A stretch of 63,970 nt of DNA, filler included, from Licmophora abbreviata (lineage: Eukaryota), in the NCBI GenBank assembly GCA_900291995.1. It is 8 parts of 8 records of this genome, joined end to end, with 100 filler letters (N's around TTAATTAATTAA, not from the genome) between each part and the next. Parts side by side here need not be neighbours in the genome. Positions count along the whole stretch, not along the records: positions 1 to 14,388 come from OLMU01004243.1; positions 14,489 to 16,786 come from OLMU01004245.1; positions 16,887 to 18,671 come from OLMU01004246.1; positions 18,772 to 43,918 come from OLMU01004247.1; 4 more parts are not named here. One strand, 5' to 3'. The notes under the pieces are model-generated. The model searched no databases, was not told the DNA's origin, and saw nothing but the letters and a program-made list of their open reading frames with translations. Below are positions 12,283-23,297 of the stretch, piece after piece; within the stretch, counting starts at the first letter, position 1, and every line of letters starts with the position of its first letter. A program made the position numbers and the translations under genes.

Positions 12283-14272
12283 ATGCTCCGTGTCATGAAA
12301 GAAAAGGTGGGGTCGATAACGCGGTCAGAAGAGGCTGCAATGCTGACTTCTAATAGCAAGTCTGGTGATGCCAAGGGTGCCCACAGTACCGCTGCTCCCT
12401 GCGTACTGGCAAATGTCCCTCAAAGCATTTCTATCAATACCACTACCGAACTACCTAGTTCGGATAGCTCCTTATCATCTGAGGGATATCATGTAATGTC
12501 AAGCCTGACTCGAATCAGCGATGACGAGACAGTCTCCGTGGGTCTCAGGGCTCCTAAGAACGAAGCATCGAAGCATCGAATCTCGACCGAATCTTCTGTG
12601 TCGAATTCGGTTCTCAAGCGAAAGGCCACGCCCAACGCACCCAAAACTGCCTCCGAGCATGCCTCATTGGATTCTGATAAAATACACCCCTCTCCTAAGA
12701 AGCGTCGAGTCTCGGTTGACTCCCAGGCATCGCCAACTCTCCCTTCAGTTCGTTTGCTCGGCATGCTTGATGATACCAATGTCCTCAAGCCTTTGCACGC
12801 CTTTGTGCGTATGCAGATTGAAGTCTTCACGGCCACGGCCGAGGACATGGCTAAGCCCGCTCCGGGCCGGAAAAATCCTATTAAGCTACACCAAGTCGGT
12901 CTTCGCTGCATTCACTGCCGTAGCTTGTCGAGCCGTGACCGCGTCAAGCGTGCCGTGTGTTACCCCAGCAAGGTAGCGCGCGTATACCACAGTGTATCTG
13001 ATATGAAGTTTGACCACTTTAGTGCCTGTCGAGGACTTCCGGAGGTAAGCGGAGCTGGCGCAGACGTTGTGGGGTGGAGATGCACAGTTCTTAATCTTCA
13101 GCTAACACAGCCCCTCTTCGCTCGTCGTATTTTTTCTTTTTCAGGACTTGCGCGCCAAGTTCGATGAGCTCAGGACCCAGAGCAAAGGTCAAGGTGACAA
13201 GAAAGGAAGCAAATCGTCTACTGCTCTGTACTATCGGGATGCCGCCCATCGTATGGGAATGGTTGATTCGACAGACGGAATCTTCATGGCTGGCCAGATT
13301 AAGCAGCACAACCAGCTGCCCCTCTCCGGCATGCAGGTCCCAGTGATGAGCTCGGGGGCTGAACAGCCTGAAGTCGATGTTGCGTCTTTCCTCAAGGCTA
13401 GCCTTCTGTCGCTTCCATTCACGGGGGGTTTTGCCATGCCGACATTTCATCCGCTGGCGTTTTACGCCCTGTCCCAAAGGTTACCTGTGGTTCCGAGCAC
13501 CTCTGCCGGACTGGCCAAGTCGCCGACACAGCCACCGCCAGTCATAGTGAGCCGCCCTAGCAGCACTTCTGGGGGCTCTGTCGCGAGTGTCCCGAGTCCC
13601 CGCCTCCAGCCAAGGAAAGCAGTGACTGCCAGTGAGCCCAATCCAGGCAACATCCTTCTCGCTTCGACAAGCGACAAGGACTACCTGAACCCTCTACACT
13701 GCTTCATTCGCCGAAACGTTGAAGTATTTGTGGCAACCTCAGAAGACGCTTCGGCGCCGTCGCCAGGAAGGAAGACGCGAGTCACCATCGGACAAGTTGG
13801 CATTCGCTGCATTCATTGTGCGCGATTGTCTTACAAGGATCGAGTGAAACGTTCTGTATGTTATCCACCGTCAATGAATGGAATCTATCATGCAGTCTCG
13901 AACATCAAGTTTGACCACTTTCCTGTGTGCAAGGGTCTACCAGCCGAGACAAGAGTTGAGTTTGAAAGTCTCCGGAGTTCAAGCAACCGTAGGAATTGCC
14001 TCAGTGGATCGGGGGCGCATTCCAGCTCAACTTCGGAGTACTACCGCAACTCTGCTGCACGACTGGGGCTTGTTGATACACCTGCGGGCATTCGCTTTCG
14101 AGCGCAAACGCCTACGGATCGCGGTGCTTCTCCCCCTCTTCGGTCCCCGTCCAAACAGGCGGAAGCGCATGCTGGCATTTCAGCACTGATGATTGCCGCG
14201 ACAACACCAAGGGAAGAGTTTGTTCTTAATCGGGATACGCACGGACAAGCCTGTGCTTTTACTGAAGTGTAG
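12283..14272 (+). CDS. Diatom-type protein with two 'VGxRCxHC' domains, intron 13045-13144
   Basis: Two homologous copies of LxPLHxFxR...QVGxRCIHC...RVKRxVCYP...KFDHFxxCxGLP. GAG|GTAAGC...TCAG|GAC joins the two ORFs in frame. Confidence 0.8.
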
Positions 14273-14388
14273 AGATAATATGAAGAACGATTTTGTTTTT
14301 TTAGCGTGCTCTGTAGTGCGGGTATTTGGCGAGAATGTCGCTACGATTCTTTTAGACGAAATTTAGTTTTGGATTCTAGGCCATAGCG

Positions 14389-14488
14389 NNNNNNNNNNNN
14401 NNNNNNNNNNNNNNNNNNNNNNNNNNNNNNNNTTAATTAATTAANNNNNNNNNNNNNNNNNNNNNNNNNNNNNNNNNNNNNNNNNNNN
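14389..14488. other. Assembly linker N44-TTAATTAATTAA-N44
   Basis: 100-nt block with a 12-mer that gives stops in all six frames. The same block occurs 7 times. Confidence 0.97.
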
Positions 14489-14605
14489 GTCATACCAACT
14501 GTGATGAGATCTGCAGACTGTAAGCTCTCTCTAGAAAGCTCTTCCATGTTCAATTTCTATCATATTAGAAGGCTGCAGTGCTGCTGCTTACAAGCCGACC
14601 GTTGC

Positions 14606-15222
14606 TCACTTTAACCCTTTCAACTTTCCCTCGATTCGCTTCTTCATGGGCTGCAACATTTTTATGTGCTGGTCCACTGTCTTTGAAATACATCCCAGCA
14701 GTTTTTCCTCCACTTTGGCAATCTTTGCTGGATTGTTTTCCATGCCGGGCGTCAACAGATCCTTTGCTTGGTCGTTACAGTCCATCATGGCGCGACTCAG
14801 GCGGCTCTGAAACTGGTTGGCTTCCTATGACCGAAGTGATCGGGTGAAAACGAGAGCGGAGGTGTGAGACGACAAGGTATGGCTCATTCCAAAGGGCTTC
14901 AAGTTCCAAGTTCAGCTTGCCGGTTTCCTCTTAGTCCTATCCTTTGGGATCGATCTTGGTCATCTTTCTGCAACGCACTCACTTCTTGCACCATCGCGTT
15001 GGCTTGCTGATATGGAACCTGGCACTGTCGACTGCACTGTTCCAATACATCAGAGGGCCCGGTCGATCCGGCTTTGTCGAAACACTGTACCACGCAGGCG
15101 TACGACTTGCGCGCAAATGTTCGCAGCATCGTTCTCTCAACTTGGTCCAAGACGACTCGGGCTTCTCCCTCCATTTTGGAATTCAAGGCTTGCGCCTTGG
15201 CTTGCATGGCAGGGTCGGACAT
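14606..15222 (-). CDS. FAM136A: FAM136A (DUF842) family protein, intron 14825-14981
   Basis: Cys spacing CVVQC...CSRQC. Splicing gives MVQE|EANQFQSRLSRAMMDCND...CISKTVDQHI. Confidence 0.8.
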
Positions 15223-15528
15223 GGCTAGTGTAAGTATGGGAGTCACTCTGTAGAGATGTGCTGAAGAGGTGCAGTGTGTCCTGTTCGTAAGTCGTCGCCG
15301 CCGCCGCCGCGTCCATCGGCAGTTTGAAGTTTGTGGTGGCGCGCGCACTCTCTTGCTTGTGTTGCCGGGAGTTCTCAGATGACGTCAGATGATGTATCAT
15401 GGGGTCATCGGCTCGAGAGGAGCTTTTGAACTTTTGCCAACGACAAACACGGCCACTCTCGACATCAGTCAACTCAACTCCACGATGAGATTGTGCCAGT
15501 GCGCTGATTTTGAACTGTTACGATTCCC

Positions 15529-16035
15529 ATGATAGACCCATCGACCCTAGAATCTCGTCTGCTCCCCCTAGTGGGAAATCTAAATGCAAAAGACCTGTGG
15601 CCTCTCCTCAATCTCGCCATGCCCACATGGGTACTGCTGGCGCTGTTGCCGCGTTGGAACTACACTCCGATCTTAAGCTTGATTTCCCCAATAGTCCATG
15701 CTGTGTTGTATACCATCTCAATCTTTACGCTCATGATATCGACTCAAGATGAGGAACCTGCAGATTTCACGTCGCTTGAGGGACTCGTCGAAATGTTTAC
15801 AGACCCGAACGCGGTCTTTGTCGGGTGGGTTCACTATCTATCCTTCGATTTACTTGTGGGACGCTTCATTGCCATGGATGCCATTGAGAGAGGAATATCG
15901 AATGTCATGTATGCGATTTTGATTGTGCCTTGTCTCTTTATGACGCTCATGCTGGGGCCAGTGGGATTCACAATGTACATCATCCTGCGAACATTTGTGT
16001 TGCGCAAGTCACCCGCGAGCCCCAAAACGAGCTGA
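15529..16035 (+). CDS. ABA4-like (DUF4281) four-TM protein
   Basis: LLALLPRW, SLEGLVEMF...GWVHYLSFDLLVG and LTLMLGPVG-type motifs. Confidence 0.8.
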   Translation: MIDPSTLESRLLPLVGNLNAKDLWPLLNLAMPTWVLLALLPRWNYTPILSLISPIVHAVLYTISIFTLMISTQDEEPADFTSLEGLVEMFTDPNAVFVGWVHYLSFDLLVGRFIAMDAIERGISNVMYAILIVPCLFMTLMLGPVGFTMYIILRTFVLRKSPASPKTS

Positions 16036-16092
16036 GTTCTTTTCCTTTACATCTGTACTTAGCAGCATAAATCGTTCTACACTTTACTAGTC

Positions 16093-16647
16093 TTACTCTT
16101 CATTCTTGAGTTTCCACAATTCCATTTCCAGTTCGGCCGCCTCGTGTCGCGCCTGTTCTGTTTGAATCTGTGTCGTTTGCACGTGGTGCTCTTCCTCCGC
16201 CGCAATGGTGTCCTCATCCATCAATAAAATAGACAGCCGCAAAGTACGAATCAAGTCTAGTAGTTTGGTGGAAGCGACGGTAATGTTTTGGACGGCGAGC
16301 TGGGCTTGCAGTTGAGAAAGGGCGGCGTCGGCTGCGAGCGGTGGAGCAGGTTCCGAGAGGCTCGTCATGACACCACCGCCGGCTGGAAATAGAACGTGAG
16401 AACGAAAGATCGGGGATGAGGCGATAGCAGCTGTAGAGACCAACTACTTTGCACCGTGCGTGAGACGATGATATCTGGATACCGCGATACACGCACCTCG
16501 TGGATCTTGACGTCCCTCCTCCAAGGCCGACACTGATGAAGCGGCTCGTAGCAAATTCAAGTATTGAGTGGACAATCGATTGCAGGTGGCATTCAGGGAG
16601 GCCTGCCATTCTTCGGAAGGAGTCTCATCGGCTTCGACGTGGTCCAT
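16093..16647 (-). CDS. Mediator subunit Med22-like protein, intron 16383-16496
   Basis: The spliced product has YLNLLRAA...VQNITVASTKLLDLIRTLRLSILLMD, which resembles the Med22 helical pattern. Confidence 0.6.
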
Positions 16648-16786
16648 GATATGGTGAAAGGACACAGGCCGCTGCGTTGATGAAGTCAGAGTGTTGTTCC
16701 GCCATTTTCGATTTTTTTTTCCAGGAGCGTCTCGGTTCATTTTTCTAGAATTTTCCAAAAATCTTTTGACATTTCTAACAGGTTAT

Positions 16787-16886
16787 NNNNNNNNNNNNNN
16801 NNNNNNNNNNNNNNNNNNNNNNNNNNNNNNTTAATTAATTAANNNNNNNNNNNNNNNNNNNNNNNNNNNNNNNNNNNNNNNNNNNN
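16787..16886. other. Assembly linker; flanks overlap (16735-16786 = 16887-16940)
   Basis: The same ~52 nt lies on both sides and differs by two 1-nt indels. Confidence 0.97.
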
Positions 16887-16978
16887 GTTCATTTTTCTAG
16901 AATTTTCCTAAAAATCTTTTGTACATTTCTAACAGGTTATGAATTCACAATGACGTCGTCGCGCGCGCGCCCACAGCG

Positions 16979-18549
16979 ATGGAATGTGTGTTTCGAACAG
17001 ACGAGAATTTCCGCGGTGCGGTTCCACACACAAAGTCCACACTATTCCAATGCAACACGATGTGCCAACAGGACGAGATGGATTCTTCTTCCAGTAAAGG
17101 CTCTTCGGAAGTTCCGCCGCTTGTCCCTGGACGCAGCGTGGAAGGCGTTCCCATTGTCAATAGCCTCCGCCCATCAAGAACAAGTCGGTCCGATGATCGG
17201 ATTGTCATTGGAGTCCGTGGCTCGTGGTACGACGTCACGTCATTTGTACCACACCATCCCGGTGGAGATGTCATTCTCGAGTTTTGCAACAAGGATGCGA
17301 CCGCCCAGTTCTTGGCCTTCCATTCACCGGACGTCTTGAAGCATCGCAAACCGATTGGGGCGTACGAGTTTGATGAGCGTGCTCCTGGTGGTAGCAAGAT
17401 TCAGGGAGACTGGATGGCCTTGTTGGATCGCTACGAGAAAGAGGGCAAGTTCCAGACACCCCTGATCTTTGTGGCAAGTCGATTTGCCATTTTGGGGGTC
17501 TTTTTAGTGGGGTTCTTGACTTCCATATGGCTTTACAGACAAATGGTTAAGGGTGCAGCATTCTCGGGTCCCTGGTACTCATGGGTGGTGCTGGTAGTAG
17601 GCGCCGTCTTTTTAGCAGGATTTTGGCAGCAGTCAGGCGAGTAGGAATCGCGAAATTCTGGTATCTCTCTCGCATTTTTTGTGCGTCTATTCTCACAGTC
17701 TCAACATGTTGCTTCGAACTTGCGCGTTTGAACACCAGGTTTTCTCATGCACGATACGCAGCACAATCTTTTGTTTCACGACCGCAAGCGAGATCAGCGA
17801 CTTGGTTGGTGGCTTGGCAACGTCATTTTGGGTATATCCAGCAAATGGTGGCGAGACGAGCATTACGAACACCATCTGTTTACCAACACAGTTGTCGAGG
17901 GCGTTGGAGCCGCCGACCCTCAAATGTTTGAAGAAATTTGGCTTCAAGACATCATGCTTGTTCCATTAGTCTGGCGTCCCAGTGTCAAGTATATCCTGTC
18001 CTATCAACGCTACTATTTCTTCCCATGTGCATATTTGCAGGGCCCTACTTCATTAAAGTGACGGCTACGCTCAAGGAGAGACGCCCCATGGAGTTGCTGG
18101 GCGTGGGTTTATACTGGGTCTGGGTCACGATTCTTATTTCGTCCTTTCCTAATCTGGCGGAAGGACTCTTGTTTTATGCTATTGCCATGATATGCCTGGG
18201 TGTGCTATCCGTTCAGCTCCTGGTTTCGCATTTCATCACGCCGTGGGCCGAAAAGGAGACTACGAAGCAGCCGGACTCATGGGCACGTCGCCAGGTCGAG
18301 GCCGTGGTGGACATTTCATGTCCGCTATACATGGATTGGTTCCATGGAGGCTTGCATTTGCATTCGCCTCATCACCTGTTTCCTCGAATGCCAAGATGCT
18401 TCTACCGCGAGGCGCAGATGGATGTGTTGGCCATGTGCAAGGCCAACGGCATGACGCTCGACATTAGGCCGTGGTTCCCCGCCATTCGTGACACGCTTCA
18501 ACACCTTGGCAGCTTGGGAGACCAGCTGGGAAAGCAACATCAAGATTAG
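16979..18549 (+). CDS. Cytochrome b5-fused front-end desaturase (delta-8 sphingolipid desaturase-like); GC-AG intron 17637-17738; 1-nt frameshift near 18020; start may be 17060
   Basis: HPGG heme motif, HDTQH, WWRDEHYEHH, VQLLVSHF and CPLYMDWFHGGLHLHSPHHLFPRMPR. Confidence 0.88.
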
Positions 18550-18671
18550 AAAGAAACGGAGTGACCAGAGCGTTTCAAATGCTCAAATTCTAGCCACTCA
18601 TGTAGCAAGTAGGTTAACTCTAATAACAAGGCGATCGACGACTAGAGTACCGGTAGATGATTCATAGCTCA

Positions 18672-18771
18672 NNNNNNNNNNNNNNNNNNNNNNNNNNNNN
18701 NNNNNNNNNNNNNNNTTAATTAATTAANNNNNNNNNNNNNNNNNNNNNNNNNNNNNNNNNNNNNNNNNNNN
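18672..18771. other. Assembly linker; 17-nt overlap (18655-18671 = 18772-18788)
   Basis: AGATGATTCATAGCTCA lies on both sides. Confidence 0.97.
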
Positions 18772-19055
18772 AGATGATTCATAGCTCAAAGTGTGACGAA
18801 GCCTCTTCATCAGCTGACATTTCCATGGGTTATGAGTTTTGTCAGTCCGTCCGTCACACTCTCTTGCCGCGACGCCGCGATGAGATTTATTTTTTCGATC
18901 TTTAAAAAAAAAGATCCGAAATGTTGTGACTGTGTCTTTTAGGCGATAGGCGACGACTGACGACGCTCTATGACACATCAGGAGCCAACGAGAGATAGAG
19001 AGAGAGAGGGAGATAGTGATCGAGAAAGACGCAGTGTTCTGAAGTCGCTGAAGAG

Positions 19056-21200
19056 ATGTGTAGTTGTACCTGGTCCATACGGACGGCTGTCCTGATTTTG
19101 TATGTTTCGGTAATACCTTCAACTGATGCATGGCAATCGCCGTCGGGTGGTGGCTATCGCCGAGGCGGAAACCATAACGGAGGAGGGAACAACCGGCGAC
19201 CCCGCCCTGGACCGTCGTCATCGCAGGAGGATGATCAGCCTCCAAATCATGTTGTTGTGATGACCGGTCTTTCATTTTTTGGGAGCGGGGATGATGGAGA
19301 GAATGACACCCCTCTCGACACATCTTTCGACACATTGCTAACAACAACCCATCAGCCCCAGCCCGATGTGGACGACGGAACCAATTGCGCAAATGAAGAC
19401 TTGAGAGGTGGCGCATCAAGCGCAAACCCCAAAGGGCTCAAGAACTCCAAGAATTTCATTGTCGCTACCAGCTCATACTGCGCCAACGTTATTCAGAGTG
19501 CTCAAAGACAAGTCACCTCTATCTTCAAATCAAAAGAGCAGCGCGACGAAGATGCCTTGATGGCAAGATTGCGGACGACCCCCATCCAGGCTGTGGAGGC
19601 TCCGAACTCGACACTTCTTCCAAACGACGTCATCTCCGTCGCAGCCAAACGATCCGGTATGATTGGACACCCGCTTCGCATCGAGACGGTCCAGGAAATG
19701 GCATTCAATCTCAAGCAGTGGTATACTCGCAAGGGGTATGTGCTGCACGCAGTGACAGGAGCTATCCTACAACCGGATACTGCCACTGCTGAGCTGACTG
19801 TGCAGGAGCCGACAGTCTCCCCACAGCCGGTTGGAATTACATTCTGCAAGGAAATGATTGTGGACGACGATGGGAGTCTCGTGACGTACCGTCAGTACCG
19901 CGGAAAGCACGCCTCATCGAAAAAGTCGTTTCTAGAAGATAAAATTGACAAGGCCAGCTTGAATACAACGTACGTGCAAACGACGGGACGGACGGATCCA
20001 AGGCGATTGGCGAAGGTCTTGGATATGAAACCTGGCAGGCCCTTTCAATGGAATGGCGACCGATGGCAGGCAATCGCCGGCAGTGGGGTCTTCTCTAGGA
20101 TACTGCGAGCCAGTCCTGAGCCTATGCGGGATGGGACAGTACAGCTTCACATTCTAGCTACTGAAGGACCACCCCGAAACTTGGAATATGGCGTCAGCAA
20201 GTCACTTTACACGGGAAGTTGGGAAGGGGAAGTAGATTTTGAGCACAATAACCTACTTGGAGGCGGCGAGTCGCTCGAGCTGCTCGTGAGGCGTGGTGCC
20301 AAGGATACTGAGCCTAGTGTGCGACTTCAATACAGCGATGATAAGTTTGGGCTTGATGGCGGGTATAATGTGGAGCTGTTTAGCGACTTTATCGGCGATT
20401 CAGAGGACGATGGCATGGACGTTAGTGGATCTCCCAACAATGCCGCGGAGAAGGGTAGGGGCGCCCTTTTGGACAGACGTGGGGCCTCAGTTCGTCTTCG
20501 CAACCCTGTAAGCTCCAATTGGTTCTCACAAAGTACAGCAAGTGCATGTTTGGAGCGAACTTCGACAGTTTCAGGGCACCACGAGGCAATTGCCAGCACA
20601 ACAATGGGCATAGGACCTCTTCGGATGGAGCTTCCATTGGAAGCGAGGTCGAACTTGTCTCTGAAGATGACCACAGGCACTCGCGTCATGGAGGGCAACA
20701 AAGCCGTCGAAATCTCTGGAAAGGGTGAATATCGCGTGAAGCCCTATTCCACTGCCACAGGTACAACCCGCCTAGTATTTCCCGTGGCGCAGTCGACTGA
20801 AAACCGAAGACCGGTTACACTTGCGCTGCAACATTCCGCAACTGTGTCGACTTTCAATCTTCCTCGCCATGAGGCCAACGCTCTAGGACATGGTTCAACC
20901 TTACGAGGATATTCTATGAAAGCAAACGGCAGTATTTCTTCTTCTGTTACGGGAACAACGGAGATACGAGTCCCAATCACGCTGCCAACGGACAAGCTTC
21001 GACAAGATGCCAGTGTCGTCCTTTTCGGAGACTGGCTTTTCGCAAAGAAAACACCCAGCTCTCCTCTCTTTCGTAGATCGTGCGTGGGTGTCGGTATTCG
21101 AAAGAGCTTTCAAGGTATGCCAGTGAGGTATGACGTGAGCTTGACCGAAGATGGAAAGATTGGAGCGTCGTTTGGACTTGGACGAGACTTCGATGTGTAA
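19056..21200 (+). CDS. Omp85/BamA-family POTRA + beta-barrel protein with signal peptide
   Basis: POTRA-like WYTRKGY and GSGVFS motifs, barrel start HNNLLGGGESL, TLRGY lid motif, VGVGIR and a C-terminal FGLGRDF. Signal peptide ends DA/W. Confidence 0.78.
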   Translation: MCSCTWSIRTAVLILYVSVIPSTDAWQSPSGGGYRRGGNHNGGGNNRRPRPGPSSSQEDDQPPNHVVVMTGLSFFGSGDDGENDTPLDTSFDTLLTTTHQPQPDVDDGTNCANEDLRGGASSANPKGLKNSKNFIVATSSYCANVIQSAQRQVTSIFKSKEQRDEDALMARLRTTPIQAVEAPNSTLLPNDVISVAAKRSGMIGHPLRIETVQEMAFNLKQWYTRKGYVLHAVTGAILQPDTATAELTVQEPTVSPQPVGITFCKEMIVDDDGSLVTYRQYRGKHASSKKSFLEDKIDKASLNTTYVQTTGRTDPRRLAKVLDMKPGRPFQWNGDRWQAIAGSGVFSRILRASPEPMRDGTVQLHILATEGPPRNLEYGVSKSLYTGSWEGEVDFEHNNLLGGGESLELLVRRGAKDTEPSVRLQYSDDKFGLDGGYNVELFSDFIGDSEDDGMDVSGSPNNAAEKGRGALLDRRGASVRLRNPVSSNWFSQSTASACLERTSTVSGHHEAIASTTMGIGPLRMELPLEARSNLSLKMTTGTRVMEGNKAVEISGKGEYRVKPYSTATGTTRLVFPVAQSTENRRPVTLALQHSATVSTFNLPRHEANALGHGSTLRGYSMKANGSISSSVTGTTEIRVPITLPTDKLRQDASVVLFGDWLFAKKTPSSPLFRRSCVGVGIRKSFQGMPVRYDVSLTEDGKIGASFGLGRDFDV

Positions 21201-21258
21201 TTTTCTCTAGTTGTAATATGTATGTGCGCTACTTCGCCATCTGCCACTTCAACTGTTG

Positions 21259-22929
21259 CTAACTCGGCTGTGCGTCCAGAATCTTGCCAATGGCCCAGTT
21301 CAAGTGAGCCCTGAGTTGACGAGCTGCCGGCAATCTCATGTCACGAGGGACACCGACACGGTCTCTCAAGTACGCTAGAGACGCGACAATGCCATCTATG
21401 TATGCACCTTTACCATTTTCCCCGATGGTCTCTGCCAATTGTGCCATTGCAGACTCGTGCTCCCCCAGGCCTTCAAGCATAGCTAGGCACAAGACTTGCA
21501 GAACGGCGTCTACACCTACTTTGACAGCGTCGCTGGGGACTGCATTCGGATCCGCCAAAGGTGCCGAGTACGGGGGCATCCCTTTCGTTCCCGCACCTCG
21601 CGCGGCAAAATTCACGATAGCTTCGTGGTTAGCCGAGACACGTTCCACCGCCTCACGACATGCTACCGCCTCATCTCCTGCCCACTCCCAGTCAGGCTCA
21701 ACTCCTCCGTTATGTGGCTGCAGTGGAAGGTCCCAACTGCCCTGGGATCCATCCAGACCGCGCTCACCGTTGATTGCTTTCTCGTACATTTTTCCCGCAG
21801 GCTCATACACACAGCCGCCCAACTGCGGTGGCAAGTCCCAGCAATGCGTGTAATAGTCACTCTTGGTCAACCGATACGCCTCCAAACTTTCCATCCCTTC
21901 ATCGAACCACCTGTTCAGCGCTGGATAGTTCGTCGGCATATTGGGCGCAACGCGTATTTGAAAGCCCTTGAAGTACAACAGCGACGCCGCCATGCGTTCC
22001 AGAAAGGGTACAAACATGAAATCGACAATCGTCACCTCCTTTCCGAGAAAAAAAGGTCCTTTGGATTTCTTCAACGCCGCCTCGACCTCTCCCAAAACAC
22101 TCACAAACTCCTGCTTGGCCCGCTCGCCCCCGCCCGTGAGCCAATACATCCACGCCGAAAATATTTTCCGTTCCAACCGCAGCAATTCATTTGCACGCTT
22201 CTCCTGTCCCTTGGGTGGATTCGTATCCGTCGATTCTGGAAAGAGGTCTTGCAAAGCAAACATAATGTCATTCGACTGCCCATACGTCCGTCCATCGATG
22301 ACAGCCACGGGAATTTGTCCACCCGGCTGCAGTCGCATAAAGTCCCGCGTCTTCTCACCATAACAACGCATATTCACCTTTTCAATACGATAGGGAATCT
22401 TCTTGTATTCGAGCATGGTCCATACCTTTTGACAGTAAGGACACCACGAGGCTGAGTCGCGATAGAAGGTGACTCGGATGTCATGTTCGTTATTGGAATC
22501 ATCGTAGAGTCGCACTTTGTGCAAGGGAGAAGGAGGTCCGTAGCCATGTTTGAGATTGTTGCGAAACGAACGTTCCTCGTCTGTCGTTTGCTTGGACGAC
22601 AGCGTCGAACGAATGCTGTCCCAAGAAGAGGCACTCGCAATCGATGTCAGTTTCTCGTCGAGTTCAGGGCTGGAAGTAGCAGTAGGCGTGACAGCCCCAG
22701 CAATCGATCCAGCAAAATCATTCAGCATACTAGAGAAGGGATTGAATTTGCTCTCACGCAAGGAAGTTTTCGTCGTCGATGATGGTCCACTCGGCGGAAA
22801 TAGGGGAGGCTTGATGCGGCGGGGGGAACACTCTGTTCTTCTGTCCGCAGGGATGGCAAAGCCGTGTGCCAAGAGAACAACAGATCCTATCGATAGGAGC
22901 AGACACTGAAGAGAGGTGGAGTGTACCAT
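21259..22929 (-). CDS. Glutathione S-transferase (Cys-type, CPYC), probably plastid-targeted; the ORF extends to 23007
   Basis: YRDSASWCPYCQKVW, GQIPV, QSNDI, GPFFLG...VDFMFVPFLERM. Signal peptide ends HG/FAIP. Confidence 0.88.
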   Translation of the reverse strand: MVHSTSLQCLLLSIGSVVLLAHGFAIPADRRTECSPRRIKPPLFPPSGPSSTTKTSLRESKFNPFSSMLNDFAGSIAGAVTPTATSSPELDEKLTSIASASSWDSIRSTLSSKQTTDEERSFRNNLKHGYGPPSPLHKVRLYDDSNNEHDIRVTFYRDSASWCPYCQKVWTMLEYKKIPYRIEKVNMRCYGEKTRDFMRLQPGGQIPVAVIDGRTYGQSNDIMFALQDLFPESTDTNPPKGQEKRANELLRLERKIFSAWMYWLTGGGERAKQEFVSVLGEVEAALKKSKGPFFLGKEVTIVDFMFVPFLERMAASLLYFKGFQIRVAPNMPTNYPALNRWFDEGMESLEAYRLTKSDYYTHCWDLPPQLGGCVYEPAGKMYEKAINGERGLDGSQGSWDLPLQPHNGGVEPDWEWAGDEAVACREAVERVSANHEAIVNFAARGAGTKGMPPYSAPLADPNAVPSDAVKVGVDAVLQVLCLAMLEGLGEHESAMAQLAETIGENGKGAYIDGIVASLAYLRDRVGVPRDMRLPAARQLRAHLNWAIGKILDAQPS

Positions 22930-23297
22930 GAGAGTCGATCGATCGAATGCAGCGGAGCGATGTATCTGAGCAAGCACTCGTCGTCGCTGCACCATCATCA
23001 TGGTCAAAGTGTGATCTGAAAGGAATTGTGGTTTTCGATTTAATTTCGACCACGTACGCGTACGGGAATCGGGATTTGGATCTGTTGGATCTTTTATTTA
23101 CTCCTCAGCGCGATCTTTCATTTTGTATTAAAATGAAAATAAGACATTCACTTTTTGAAGCGTTGGGGTGTTCCCAGCCGCCAAAATGATGCTCCGAAGA
23201 CGTCAAGCGGAACGATGATGGCAATTGCGTCACGGGCGCCGAGGGATGGAAACCGTTCTACCCACTGTTCCAGTCACTACCACTCGTTCTACTATCG

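Noticed and set aside
14433..14444. TTAATTAATTAA repeated seven times, read as a biological repeat or PacI/piggyBac-like site
   Set aside because: It is always centred in 88 Ns and is a six-frame-stop scaffolding linker.
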